From the NCBI RefSeq assembly GCF_011745625.1, contig NW_027191472.1:310001-374000 (forward strand): 64,000 nucleotides of DNA, written 5' to 3'. Positions 33,421 through 44,619 of the stretch are shown here, in pieces. Numbering within the stretch: position 1 is the stretch's first letter; each line of letters starts with the position of its first letter. The position numbers were made by a program, and so were the translations under genes. The DNA is from Cladosporium halotolerans. Taxonomy: Eukaryota. The notes beneath the pieces were generated by a model. It worked only from the letters and a program-made list of their open reading frames with translations. It did no database searches and was not told the DNA's origin.

Positions 33421-33452
33421 GTCACGACGGGAGTCGTGCACCTAATGATGAT
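33421..33452 (+). other. Terminal GNRA hairpin plus short (ATG)n tail
   Basis: CACGAC-GGGA-GTCGTG (33423-33438) followed by CACCTAATGATGAT. Confidence 0.5.
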
Positions 33453-34181
33453 ACCCCCGCCGCCACCAGTTGTGGTCGAGCCTCCCGCTGATCTTGTTTT
33501 CCATTCTCCATCTCTCCATCGTGACTTCACTGTTTCTTCGTGCTCTGGTGAGGTTCTACTCTCCGCTAATGGTCTTCCGCACGAGCTGCTACCGTCAGCT
33601 TTGGCCTGTTATATAGATCCGTCACCGCTGAGATGCGTTGTAGCCGGGTTGTCTCAGTCACAACATGACCGAGCGTGACTTGGTCGTTTTTCTTCCCGAT
33701 ACCTGCCGCGATCATCCCAGCTCGTGACCCCTGGTACTGCACCAAGAAATCGCAACACGAGCTGTTGTCATCCGCTCTGTTCTAATGTAACGAATTTTTG
33801 CCATTGAGATCCCCTGCACGTGGTTGCGCGCGAAGGTGCAGGCTTGGTGGTGCTGCCGTACTACTTTGATGGATTCGCGTGGTCTGCTATCGACCTTCGC
33901 TCTCCACTATGTACTTCCTATGTGAGTCGCTACCATCAGTGGCAGTTTGAAGACGAGATCAAGGGTATGAAATGCTTTGCGAAGAATCGCGCATGCTGCA
34001 TGACATCTGCGGGTGCGACCATCGTCTCCGGCATCGTGAAGGAGGGTGTTGTCCAGGAGGCACTTCTGAATGAATCCAAACTACAAGCTCGCCTCGTGCA
34101 CTCGCACGAAAGGACAATCGTACATAATGTCTCGAGAACAAGAACTTCATTGCCATGATCATTACATCCCTAAACCCTCAC

Positions 34182-35065
34182 TTACGCACTCTTACAACCC
34201 CTGACCGCCTCCCTCGCCTTTCCCACCAACCCATCGCCCTCGCAAGCTTCCAACCTCTCCTCCCAAACCCCCCACCTCTCCTCGTTGAAACCCCTCCACT
34301 CCTTCCCCTCCATCGCCTGCCCCTGCTTCGCCATCTTGCCCTCAAACTCCTTGCCCTGCCGCGACATCCCCCACAGCGCCGGCGCCGCGTACGCAAGCCA
34401 GGCCGCCGCCGCCGCTTGCGAGGTCTTGTCCGACGCCGGCGAGGGCGCGCTGTCCTCGAGCGCCATGCGGATTGTCCAGATGGCGTAGAGCGAGAAGTCG
34501 CTCGAGGCGGGAGCAGGGGTCGCGGAATGCTGCGTCGAGACTAGCGTTGCCGCGAAGGCGTTGAGGTTAATCCAGGCACTGCGCGCGTGGTGGTGCGAGT
34601 GGTCGGTTGCGGCTGTGAGGAGTGTTTGTTAGTGGATGCTGTGGAATGAGGGCGGTTTCCATGAGGATGGTAGGGCTTGCCAGCATTCCAGGCTTCTCTC
34701 ATCGCCGCCCCAAACACAGGCAGCTCTTTCCAGACTGTGGCGTCCCAGACTTTGCAGACCTTGCCGTTGCGCTCGAGGACGGGTCTGTCGCGCAGCGCGA
34801 GCACGAAGTCTGCGAGTTTCTGCCTGCCGGCGCTGTCGTGTGGTGTTTGCGTTGCTGCGGCGATGATGGCTTTCCAGGCGTGCCAGAGCTGGGCTTCGAT
34901 TTCGGATGTCGCTTTGGATTGCATGAAGAGGTCTTCGGTTGGGCCGCAGAAGGAGTCGAGCGCTGTGCCGAGGGATTGCGGTTTGTTGGAGAGATGCGTT
35001 GTTAGGCACTTGTATTCGGCGGAGTGTTTGATCGTGTGGTCGGGTTCAATGCTTGGGCCGCCCAT
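34182..35065 (-). CDS. DUF3632 family protein (one GC-AG intron)
   Basis: Motifs WKELPVFGAAMREAWN, WINLNAFAATL, YAIWTIRMALED, AAAAWLAYA and ERWGVW. Intron 34613-34680 (GCAAGC...CTAAC...CAG) restores the frame. Confidence 0.85.
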
Positions 35066-36193
35066 TGTGGTGGTGTTGGCGGGCTGTTTGGTGGCGGGTT
35101 GACGTGGTCGAGATCCTTGAGTGGAGTTGATGGTCTTTAGAGCGGGAGTCTTCTGGTGAGAAACAATCGAAGTATTCTTGCAAGAAAAGGTAAGCTCCAA
35201 TGCCAGCTGGTACTTCTTCCAAGAATCCAGAACGCGATGACGATGCAGGTACCTGAATGCCCTGACGTTACGTGGTGGCGCCCACTGCGACCACGGGCTC
35301 GCCGAGCTCCATTGCCACTCCACCCCTGCTCTCAACTGTCTGCCTTAGCAGCCTTAGCGGAAACCTCGCACTCCGCGACGTGACTACGCTCCACAAGCCA
35401 GCCGCGAGAGACGCTGCCACCGACCACGGATATTCCAGGATGACAACCACATGCCCTCGCCAGTGGGCCGCCCGCCAGGGAACAACAAGGCACCTGCCCG
35501 AGCCGGCTAGCCGCGTAGATCACTCCTGGGGCGGGCCAAGTGAAACTTGACGAGCCGACTGCACTCTACTTTGCCTGCCGCCGTTCACTGGACGGTCGCT
35601 ATAATTGAGTTGGCTTGGGATGGCCAGGACCCGCTCTGCATCTTGCATACTCGATAAGACATGTGCCTGCAGCGACGTCTCCGAATGGCTTGCTCGGGCC
35701 CGCGTTATGCTGCTTTCCCGGTGCAACATCGACCTGCACAGCCTTTTACACTCGAGAGTAGGACGGCCTGGCCGAGGAGATGGTTATTGGACGGCGTACC
35801 GGACTTGTTACCCTTTTAGTGAGTTGCCAATACATCGTGGCGGGCTTCTTTGGTTGTAAGCCCTCCTCGCCCCGGCTCTTGTAGGCAGGAGATGGAAAAG
35901 AGATCGGCACTGCGCATGAGCGACGGACCAAGGGCTTTCGAAGACTGCCCTCGGTTGCAGCCAAGAGCTGTATCTAATCCACGCCGTCGATGAGCGCCGA
36001 TGAGCTGCTCAAACCATGTGCAGATAGCATGGCGAGCCTCAAAGAACATAAGTATTGAGCGTTGTGCCGCATTGGAACTGGGTTTCTGTTCAGCAGCAGC
36101 ACCGCGAGTCTCACCGCCCTTCGTTCCAGATCTTGATACACGAGCTCATACAAACCAATCTACATTCGCTTTCTCCCATTCAAATCATTCACA

Positions 36194-36724
36194 ATGTACA
36201 CCTCCATCATCGCCACCTTCGCACTCGCGGCCTCCGTCCTCGGTGCTCCTGCGCCTGTCGAGAAGCGCCAGGGCGCTGTCACTTGCGGCAGCACTGTACG
36301 TCCCCTACAGACACCTTTTCTCAATCTGTGCAAAGGAGGAAACTCACATTCATACCTACTCGACAGTATTACTCCTCCTCCCAAGTCGCTCAGGCCGTCA
36401 ACCAGGGCTGCGACTACTACCAGTCCGGCCAGCAGGTCGGCAGCAACGACTACCCCCACCGTTACAACAACTACGAGGGCTTCGACTTCCGCGCCTCCGG
36501 CCCCTGGCAGGAGTTCCCGCTCCTCAGGAGCGGCCCTTACACTGGTGGTAAGCCTTGGAAATCGGAAAAGGTGCTTTTCTGTTGTGCTTTGGCTAATGAT
36601 GATTGTTTCAGGCTCCCCTGGCGCCGACCGTGTCGTCTTCAACACCAACTGCCAGTACGCGGGCTCTATCACCCACACTGGCGCCAGCGGCAACGCCTTC
36701 GTTGGCTGCTCCGACACCAACTAG
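36194..36724 (+). CDS. Secreted guanyl-specific ribonuclease (RNase T1/N1 family)
   Basis: Signal peptide and KR propeptide. Introns 36296-36366 and 36548-36611. Catalytic motifs [23 protein letters not shown] and ITHTGA. Confidence 0.95.
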   Translation: MYTSIIATFALAASVLGAPAPVEKRQGAVTCGSTVRPLQTPFLNLCKGGNSHSYLLDSITPPPKSLRPSTRAATTTSPASRSAATTTPTVTTTTRASTSAPPAPGRSSRSSGAALTLVVSLGNRKRCFSVVLWLMMIVSGSPGADRVVFNTNCQYAGSITHTGASGNAFVGCSDTN

Positions 36725-36997
36725 ACGTAGAACGTCGGGTGTTAGCTATGAGTGGATGAATGAAAATCTTTTGAATCAAAAGTACAACCAAAGAAGTCTC
36801 TGCTTTGGTTGGTGGGAATGCCGCGATGTCTCTATGACTTGCCGTGTCTCGTACATGTCTGTGAATTATTGCTGGGTATCTATTTCATGGGTGAGCACCT
36901 CTCCCCGTCCTCAATCATGCCTCGCAAGGTTAGTCTCCGCTTTAGACTACCGTGTCAATGCTATGCTCCATGGAACTCCCAATCGCCCAAAACGCTA

Positions 36998-39037
36998 TCA
37001 TGAAAATTGCAGCCTCTTCTGTCCTTTCTCTGGCGCACTGGCAGCAACAGCAGGCCTGCCTCTGCCTTTACCTCTTGTGCTCCCGCCGCCTCTCGCCGTG
37101 CTAGGTTTCAAAGCCGGAGGGACGGGTCGTGGAGGCGTCGGTTGCTCGTTTTGTAAGTCCTGTGCGAAGTGGAAGTCTTCGTGTTCAGCTTGCTCGTCGA
37201 ATGGCATACGGGCAGCGCAACGAGGGCAGACGTAAGCGTCTGAGGGGTCTTGATCGTCCTGGGCGGTGACGGAGGTCGGTGCAGTATCTGCCACCTGGGC
37301 GGAGGGAGGCGGGAGCAAGGGATCTGGCTCGTGGGTTCTCTCTTCCTGAATGATATCGGTATCTTTGACGTTCTCGTCTGCTTGCTCCGCTAGATGAGGC
37401 ATCGTATGCCTATGTTCGGAGTCGCCCATGCTGCTTTCCCTACTCTGCTCTCGCGAACCAAAGAACCGCGCAATTCCTCCATCATCCACTCGCCTCCTCT
37501 TCGCGGCCGGCGGCGGCGTCGCCTCATCTTTCGGCTGCGCGTTCTGCAGTGCCTTCGCATCGTCGCCACGCACGAGAAAGCCGCCGATGCCTTTGTTGCC
37601 CTGTACGCCTTCTTCGAAACCACCGACGCTCAGACTAAGATTCGCACATGGCCACGCTCGCCCGTCGACGATGACCTGCGCCAGGAGGGCCTTCGCCAGC
37701 TCGAATAGCCCTTCCTCAGTGATCGCGCGGCCCATGGGTATGGGGGCTGATTTGCTCCGCGTCTGCGCGCCCTGCCGGTGGTGCAGGTTCATTGTCTTCG
37801 GCCGTCGCTTATTTTCCAGCACGCCTTCCTCCACCAGCCGGCTGTGGATGTCCGCGACGAAGATCCGCAGCCACTTGCTCGCCACGTCGAGGCTGTTGAT
37901 CGATGGCCTGAAAGATTTCGCGCTCAGCATCGACTTGATCTGCGTTCGCGGGTTGACTTCGCTGCTGTCTTCGCCGCGGATGATGCTGTAGAGCCATGAG
38001 CCGGTGTCGTCGCCGAGGGTTTTCTTAAGTTGCTCGATCGGTATGGGGAGCAGATCGGAGACGGTGTCTGTGTTGAACGCAGCGACGACCTCGTCACCCA
38101 GCTTGCCGCCCAAATTGCGAATCTTCGTGAACTTGAACCCACTCATAAACTGTTTCACCGCGCGATTCCGGATCACGGTCTGATTATTCGGCTTCTTATG
38201 CGCACTCCCCAATTTGGCCAGCATCTTGTTCCGCCCAATTCCCGCCGAGCAAGTAAAATGCAGCTTCTCAAACACCTCCCTCCTCACATCCCTCACGATC
38301 TCCGACGCAACCAACATAGCCACATCATCCCAGTCCGGATCCTCCTCCTCCGCCCGCCCCTCGTCCAAATCCACCAGCGCGTCCGCCGCCCAGTCCAGCG
38401 CCGTGCTCGGCGGCCGTGCCAACGGCTCGCTCGGGTCCCCGTACGGAGGCGGGCCTCGCAGCTCAGCGTACCGCTCCAGCATGATCCCGTGCACCTGCGC
38501 GGACAAATCCAGAAACACTTCGTCGATGCTCGCTTTCTCCACGCGCTGCGTCTCCGCCGGCAGGAACTCTTTGATCAGCGCCAGGATCCGCCGGCTCTGC
38601 AGCCTGTACGGGTCGAGACTGACTTTCCGCGACGCGATCTCTTTGAACGCTTCGTCTCCGTCTCCGTAACTCCATTTGGTGTCCCCCTCTTTCCACGTCG
38701 CGACGTGCTGGCATATCAGTTCAGGGCACTTCTCTTTCGCCTCAGCGACGGTGACATGTCTGTTCAGCCCATACTCGCGCGCAGGGTAGTTGATGGCTAT
38801 GAGGCCCTGCCACTGCTGCACCGCGAGGGGTTTGGTGGGCGAGAGGCCGAGGCGGACTGTTTCGCATTGCGCGTAGAAGGCGTCGAGGTCTATGTGTGCG
38901 ATTACGCGCAGCGGGCTGGCGGGCGAGGAGTGCGAAAGGAGCGAGAGGTGTTTGTAGGTGTAGGCGCTGCGGCGTGGGAGCCGGGTTGTCGGCGAGGGGA
39001 TGTTGGGGGAGGAGGCGAAGGGGGGTGGGGAGGACAT
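36998..39037 (-). CDS. RAD30: Y-family DNA polymerase eta
   Basis: HIDLDAFYAQCE, LAVQQWQGLIAINYPAR, EKASIDEVFLD, KLGSAHKKPNNQT, IRNLGGKLG and a C-terminal UBZ (CPRC...EHEDFHFAQDL). Confidence 0.95.
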   Translation of the reverse strand: MSSPPPFASSPNIPSPTTRLPRRSAYTYKHLSLLSHSSPASPLRVIAHIDLDAFYAQCETVRLGLSPTKPLAVQQWQGLIAINYPAREYGLNRHVTVAEAKEKCPELICQHVATWKEGDTKWSYGDGDEAFKEIASRKVSLDPYRLQSRRILALIKEFLPAETQRVEKASIDEVFLDLSAQVHGIMLERYAELRGPPPYGDPSEPLARPPSTALDWAADALVDLDEGRAEEEDPDWDDVAMLVASEIVRDVRREVFEKLHFTCSAGIGRNKMLAKLGSAHKKPNNQTVIRNRAVKQFMSGFKFTKIRNLGGKLGDEVVAAFNTDTVSDLLPIPIEQLKKTLGDDTGSWLYSIIRGEDSSEVNPRTQIKSMLSAKSFRPSINSLDVASKWLRIFVADIHSRLVEEGVLENKRRPKTMNLHHRQGAQTRSKSAPIPMGRAITEEGLFELAKALLAQVIVDGRAWPCANLSLSVGGFEEGVQGNKGIGGFLVRGDDAKALQNAQPKDEATPPPAAKRRRVDDGGIARFFGSREQSRESSMGDSEHRHTMPHLAEQADENVKDTDIIQEERTHEPDPLLPPPSAQVADTAPTSVTAQDDQDPSDAYVCPRCAARMPFDEQAEHEDFHFAQDLQNEQPTPPRPVPPALKPSTARGGGSTRGKGRGRPAVAASAPEKGQKRLQFS

Positions 39038-39347
39038 GGCCTGGCCGGGTGGTGGGTGGGCTTAAGGATGCATGCCAGCTGGAAGGATGTTTTCCCAGGT
39101 GCAAGAAGCGGGTTTGTCTCGTTTTGCGTGGTATGGATGCGAGCGGTTGCCGATCTCTATGAGGCTTTCGCGAAGCGCGTGGGAGTGAGACGCGTAGGGT
39201 GGCAGTCGATGATGGCATCAGGCTTGGCAGATCGTTCGCCTCGACCGTCGATATCGTCAATGATATGAATTGTCTGAAGGGCTATTCGTTCCTTAAAAGA
39301 TCAATTGTAAATTTACTCGTCATTTCATTCATACGACTTCGACAAAA

Positions 39348-39670
39348 ATGGCTTCACTCCGCTCACCGACCGCCATCATGCAAGCCCTCACCTTGGCTTC
39401 GCTCGGCGGCATGACGATGTACTTCAAATCCCACCACGACTACAACCTGCAGGAACACGAAGCTCGCATGGATGAATTGGAGGGTACGCTGCGTGGTCAC
39501 ATTGGCTTGATCGAGGAGTCGTTGGAGCGTATCGAAGGTCAGAAGTCAGGCGGAAAAGGCGAAAAGGCGTGAGTTCTTTCTGGTTGAACTCGAGTGCTTC
39601 AATGTCATGGCTGACGCGGGTATCTAGCGAGAATCTCTACACGGAGAGAGGAAGAGATAGCAAGAAATGA
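39348..39670 (+). CDS. Small (~87 aa) protein with N-terminal hydrophobic segment and short coiled coil, unknown function
   Basis: AAAATGG start context. Intron 39569-39627 (GTGAGT...GCTGAC...TAG) gives C-terminus ENLYTERGRDSKK*. Divergent from pol eta. Confidence 0.65.
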
Positions 39671-40238
39671 TAAAATTCCATTCACCTAATATGCCCACGT
39701 CGCAGCATCCACCAGTGCGACACATTACCGCGAGGCACATTCATTGTACTCTCCAGGATTGCTGGTGTTTCTGGTTGCTCCAAGCGTGTGAAATTCAATG
39801 CGAACCGATCAATCCTACCAACATTCCAGATGACCAGCTCCGCTAAGATTTCCACGCCGTAATTTCGTGGAAGAACGATGTGATTGTCGAAGAAAGAGTG
39901 TAATAAGATACTGGACGTCGGGGTCTCCGATGGCCACCGGTACGGAGGCCGAGTGTACCGGCTCCCGAGAATTGAGCACCAGTTCAACACCACCACATTC
40001 GGGACCCGCAGAATCCGACGACCGAGAAATCATTGCGGTGACCCCGAACAATCATTTTCTGATCGATTCAGCCACCGATTGCACTTCGGTGTGCTCGACG
40101 AGATGAGACCTGCAAATCTAAACTGCAAAGCAGTGGTGGGCCCGGCCCCCCAGGGCCATTCATAAATACCCTCCTTCGCCACCCATCGTATTCCCCTGTA
40201 CACTCACCATTCCTCTTTCGTCCAACAGAAGAACATCA

Positions 40239-41646
40239 ATGAGTGAGAAGCTCGTCGTCAACACTACTGCGGGTAGCGAGACTGCTGCTGCTGCTGCTGC
40301 CGTCGCTACCCCAGAGGCTCTCGATGGGAAACATGGTCCTAAGCCCCTGTCTGCGATGCAGGCATACCTGGTGAGCCGTCGACATTTACGATACAATACT
40401 GGGACGAGTATTATTGACAATGGCGACCAGCGTGTCTTCTCTTACAGCACCCCGACCATATTATGGCTTCAGACAGTCGCTGTGGCCGCTGCGTGTGGAT
40501 CTGGAGTCGCCCTTGCGCTGGGCAATTTTGTTACGCTGTTCAGCGAGTTCAGTTCGGGACAGGACATACCGGACAATTTCATGTCCTTAGTGACAAAGCA
40601 ATCGTACGGGCTATTGTCTACCAGTCATGTTGGGACCCCGCTATGCTGATGAAACGTAGGCTCTACTTTGTCTACATAGGCGTCGCTCGCTTCGGTTGCA
40701 TCTACCTCTATTCGACCATTATGACGCACACCGGCCTCAGGCTAGGTCGTGATCTGCGCCATAACTACCTACGTTCCGCACTGCGCCAGGACATCAATTT
40801 CTTTGATCACGGCTCGGCAGGATCCATCTCCATGCAGGCGACGTCGAACGGCCGGCTGATTCAGTCCGGCACTTCTGACAAGTTGGGTCAGATGCTCCAG
40901 GCTGCTTCGACCTTCGTTGCTGCATTCGTCATTGCGTTTGTAAGCCAGTGGAAGCTGACCCTCATAGCGATCTGCATTGTGCCTGCTTTGATCCTGATGG
41001 TCGGCACTGCAGGATGAACTGATGCAGGCATTGAGACACAGATTCTCAAAGTCTACGCCAAAGCAGGTGCCTTTGCTGAATCGTCGTTGGGCAACGTTCG
41101 AGCCATCCATGCCTTCAGCCTCGTCAAGAATCGTCAATCGATACGCCACGTACTTGGAAGAAGCCCAGCTTCTGGGAAGGAGAAATAACGTGCTATATGG
41201 GCTTCTTTTCGCCGGAGAATACTTTGTCATGTTTGCCGGGATGGGTCTTGCCTTTTGGCAAGGGATCGCAATGATCGCCCGCGGAGAAGTTGATGGCATT
41301 GGCGTCGTCTTCACGTGAGTTTCCGAAAAAGAACTCTCGACCCCGTAATTGTGCTCACATTGCCTAGTGTTCTCTTCTCTATCGTCATTGCGGGAGCTAT
41401 GCTGAATTCTGTTGCTCCTAACATGGTCACTTTTACCAGAGCAGCGACCGCTGCCTCTGAACTGTTCGCTCTTATTGACCGAGTCTCCGAGATCGATCCT
41501 TTCGACCCTACTGGTGAAAAGCCGGCAAACTTCAACGGATCCATCAAAATTCGCGGACTGACATTCAGCTACCCGACTCGACCAGACGCCACTGTCTTGG
41601 ATGACTTTAGCTTCATGTCCCTGCTGGCAAAGTAACAGCCTTAGTG
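40239..41646 (+). pseudogene. 5' fragment of an ABCB/MDR-type ABC transporter
   Basis: TMD1 motifs LYFVYIGVARF, YLRSALRQDINFFD, FVIAFVSQWKLTL, FWQG, ELFALIDR, FSYPTRPD and VPAGKVTALV. In-frame TGA at 41015-17, frameshifts near 41125 and 41610. Similarity stops just before Walker A. Confidence 0.88.
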
Positions 41647-42138
41647 GTGGTTACTTCCGATGAAAATGATTTCGAGTAGTGCAAATGTCTCACAAGACTT
41701 ACAGGGAGGTTGCGGGCAGTTGGCGGCACCACAGAAAAGGGACAAGCACACCTTGCGGGTTCGGCAGGCTTCACACTATTGCTTCCGAGTCAGCATGACA
41801 GAGAAAGGAATGAGATACCGACAGTGTTGCTGCCGCATTGAGAGAAAGAGAAGGATCGAAAGGATACTGACCGCAACGCGGCCAGAGGCGAGAGAGTCCG
41901 GGACCTGAGAAGACGGAGCGCCTAGCGAGTCGGGCCCGTCGTCTCCATCGCTTGCAGTCATTTGCATGTCATCCATGAGTTTGGCAACACCATTGAGAGA
42001 TTGTAAACCGGCTGCAAGCCGTTGTGCCCGCTCAATAACAATGCATTCATTATGTATCACCTGCCTTGCATCAAAGCGATCTGAAGGCGCGGAATTCGTC
42101 CGCGCTACTACACTTCCACGAACTGAGGGAGACCAATG

Positions 42139-42178
42139 TTAGGGTTAGGGTATCGATCATGGGGTTAAGTTAGGGTTA
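42139..42178 (+). repeat. Short interstitial telomere-like repeats (TTAGGG)
   Basis: TTAGGGTTAGGG (42139-42150), GGGGTTAAG and TTAGGGTTA (42170-42178). Confidence 0.55.
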
Positions 42179-42767
42179 CGCTTTTTCGTCCTTACGGATT
42201 GTAATCGTCTAAGATACACGATGTATCCATTTGAGAAGCTTCGGATTCAAATCTAGGACCTCGCGAAGAAGGAGTCAAGATTCTATTCGTGGTTTGATAT
42301 CAGAATCTGAAAAGCCGAGGGCGTGAAGGTTGAAGATTAGCGGAGGCCTACGTTTCGTGGAAGAGTAGTACACATCTCATTAGGCCCGTTCACTTCTCGG
42401 TTGGGTCTTATTTGGAGTCGCAGGTGTTACTACTCATGAAGCATGCGTAGTTTCACAGGGACATGTAATTTGCTATTCATGATAGGGTATACACAAGCAA
42501 GCGAGACGATGTAGTTCCAGGCTCATTTCGCGTTATCACATTACTATACATCTCTAGTCGGGGTATCTTTCATCATGGAAATCAGCTCGATTAAAAACTC
42601 CCTGGTGCTTGAGGGAAGTTCGAGGAGCTGAAGTGCTGTGGTTGTGTCGGTTATCGTCAGGGACCCCGGGCGGCCGGGAGCACATCGTGTACTCGTATCA
42701 ATGCTGAATGGCGGTTATTCTGTCATGGAGCGCTCTCGAAGACGTTGGATCAATGGAAGCCATTCGC

Positions 42768-43319
42768 TCAACTCCCATGACAAAGCGCCTGTTGTGTCTG
42801 TTCGATTTCCGCTCCCTCCCCGGACTCCAGAACAGCATTTTCTGGCACTGCTGGTGGCGAGCGAGACTGGTCCGAACTAGAGCCCCTGGACAAAGAGCTG
42901 AAATTACTGCTGTGTCGCCGGCTGCTACGACTGCGATTCGACGGAGACGACGATCCGGAGTCTGACCGTGAAGATGGGTTTGAGCTGATGTTGGGGAACA
43001 GGGTAAAGTAGTCGTTCGAGCCGACGGCGCTGCTGAACGCAGCTGCGACGGATTGCCGGTTCGAGGCACGGCGCTTGTCGCGGATGGCTTTAGGGGTGAG
43101 ACCCGGTCGGATCGGATCGGGGTGTTCCTTGATTGGCGACAAGGCGGCTTGCTGAGGCTGTTTTGCTCCCGAATGCTTCGATCGGTGGCATTTACTGCAG
43201 CGGCCGTGGTCCTTCTGGCAGGTGCATGTTGCTGGTGACGAGTCGGATGGCTTCGATGTGACCTCGAAATGAGGCTCTCCTGGGCTCGGAAATGGTTTAA
43301 AGTGGTACGTCACAGGCAT
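42768..43319 (-). CDS. Hypothetical Ser/Arg-rich protein, 183 aa
   Basis: ATG-initiated ORF with a small CxCxxxHxxCxxC cluster and low-complexity tail. No recognised family. Confidence 0.4.
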   Translation of the reverse strand: MPVTYHFKPFPSPGEPHFEVTSKPSDSSPATCTCQKDHGRCSKCHRSKHSGAKQPQQAALSPIKEHPDPIRPGLTPKAIRDKRRASNRQSVAAAFSSAVGSNDYFTLFPNISSNPSSRSDSGSSSPSNRSRSSRRHSSNFSSLSRGSSSDQSRSPPAVPENAVLESGEGAEIEQTQQALCHGS

Positions 43320-44619
43320 GACGAATGTGCTAGGTAGCGGGCTTCCAGGTCGTATGAGTTTTGACTGGTAGGGGAAGAGATGTCCGCGGCATCGTAATCA
43401 AGAGAGAGTACCAGAACGGTGTGTAGTGCAAAATGCTGGCGCTGCGTGGCAATGAAAGCTTGTCAAAGTCCTGAACGTCGATGGGAAGAAGAGCAAGAGG
43501 GCGGTAGGCGTGAAAGATCCAATGTTTAGAATGAGGAACTACGAATATGGTAGTGACAGGGCGAGGCCCGGTACTTGAGTGGATCGATCGAAGCTACTAA
43601 GCGCTGGCATCAGGGTGATGCGCAACAACGCGGCAACCTTAGCGGGTTAGACAAGACGCACTGCTAGGCAGGGACCATTCTATAGCCCTGCCAGAGTTCC
43701 GCCGGGATCCCGTAGTGAGCCAAATCAGAGGCCTGGAGGGGCCTACAACGGAGTCGACTGCGTGCGGATGTGTGCATGGAGCCTAGCATCTACAATAAGC
43801 TTTCTGGCAGGCGAATCGCTCCGGCTCACTCCCCGTGGTATTTCTGCCTAGAGCGATCTCTTTCCGCCGTCTCATCGAAAGCAGCTTACCTTTGAGACCG
43901 AGTCCAGGGCTGTCATGTCATGCACATACGGTGCGTTGGATGAAACCAACCTCGCGGAAGAAAAGTCGCATGACGTTGAGGGTTGCGCAATCTCGCAGTG
44001 TCTGTCAGAAAGTGAGCCACAGCCACGTGGTGCAAGGTTGAGCCGTCTCAAGATCTCGACAGAGATTCGCACGGGCGACCAAACAGCATCACGCGATGCC
44101 CAATTGCTTGAGACGCGTTGAGCCCGGCAGGTTAGTGCGATGCGGCGAAGTTTGATCGATCGTGAAGTTCGTCGATGTGGCGCGGCGAAGTCGATGCCAC
44201 TGCGCGCCCAGCCCGCTGCCGCATCAAGTCAAAGCCATCGCCCCGATCTTGCTCTCGATTGACCTCTCGACATTCTCACAACCTACGTGCCGCGGACGGA
44301 ACTCGGCTCTGGTCGTGCGATGTCTTTCGATGACTATGATCCGTCTTGACAAAAAACGTGCTCCCCAGATCGAGTACGCTACGCACGATGTCATACTTGT
44401 ATGCTTGTGGCGATCAGGCTTTCTCTTGTCGGCTTTTAGCACTCCAACTGACCCCAGATCCACGGACCCAGATCTGGCGCCCAAACCCCCGGGTACTCTC
44501 ACCGTGTTTCACCAATCAGAGGCTTTCAGCAACACATATGCATCATCGGGAGTTTTTGAGCCTCAAGGCTAGGTTGCCTGGGCCGCGCACCTACGATCTG
44601 TGGCATCCAAAGGCCAGAT

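Larger units (their letters stand above)
27240..33452 (+). mobile_element. Candidate non-autonomous or selfish element: repeat array + TATA + coiled-coil ORF + structured 3' RNAs + TTTGGG tract + terminal hairpin
   Basis: Compact modular block unlike the flanking host genes. No transposase, RT, TIR or TSD identified, so mobility is inferred only. Confidence 0.4.
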
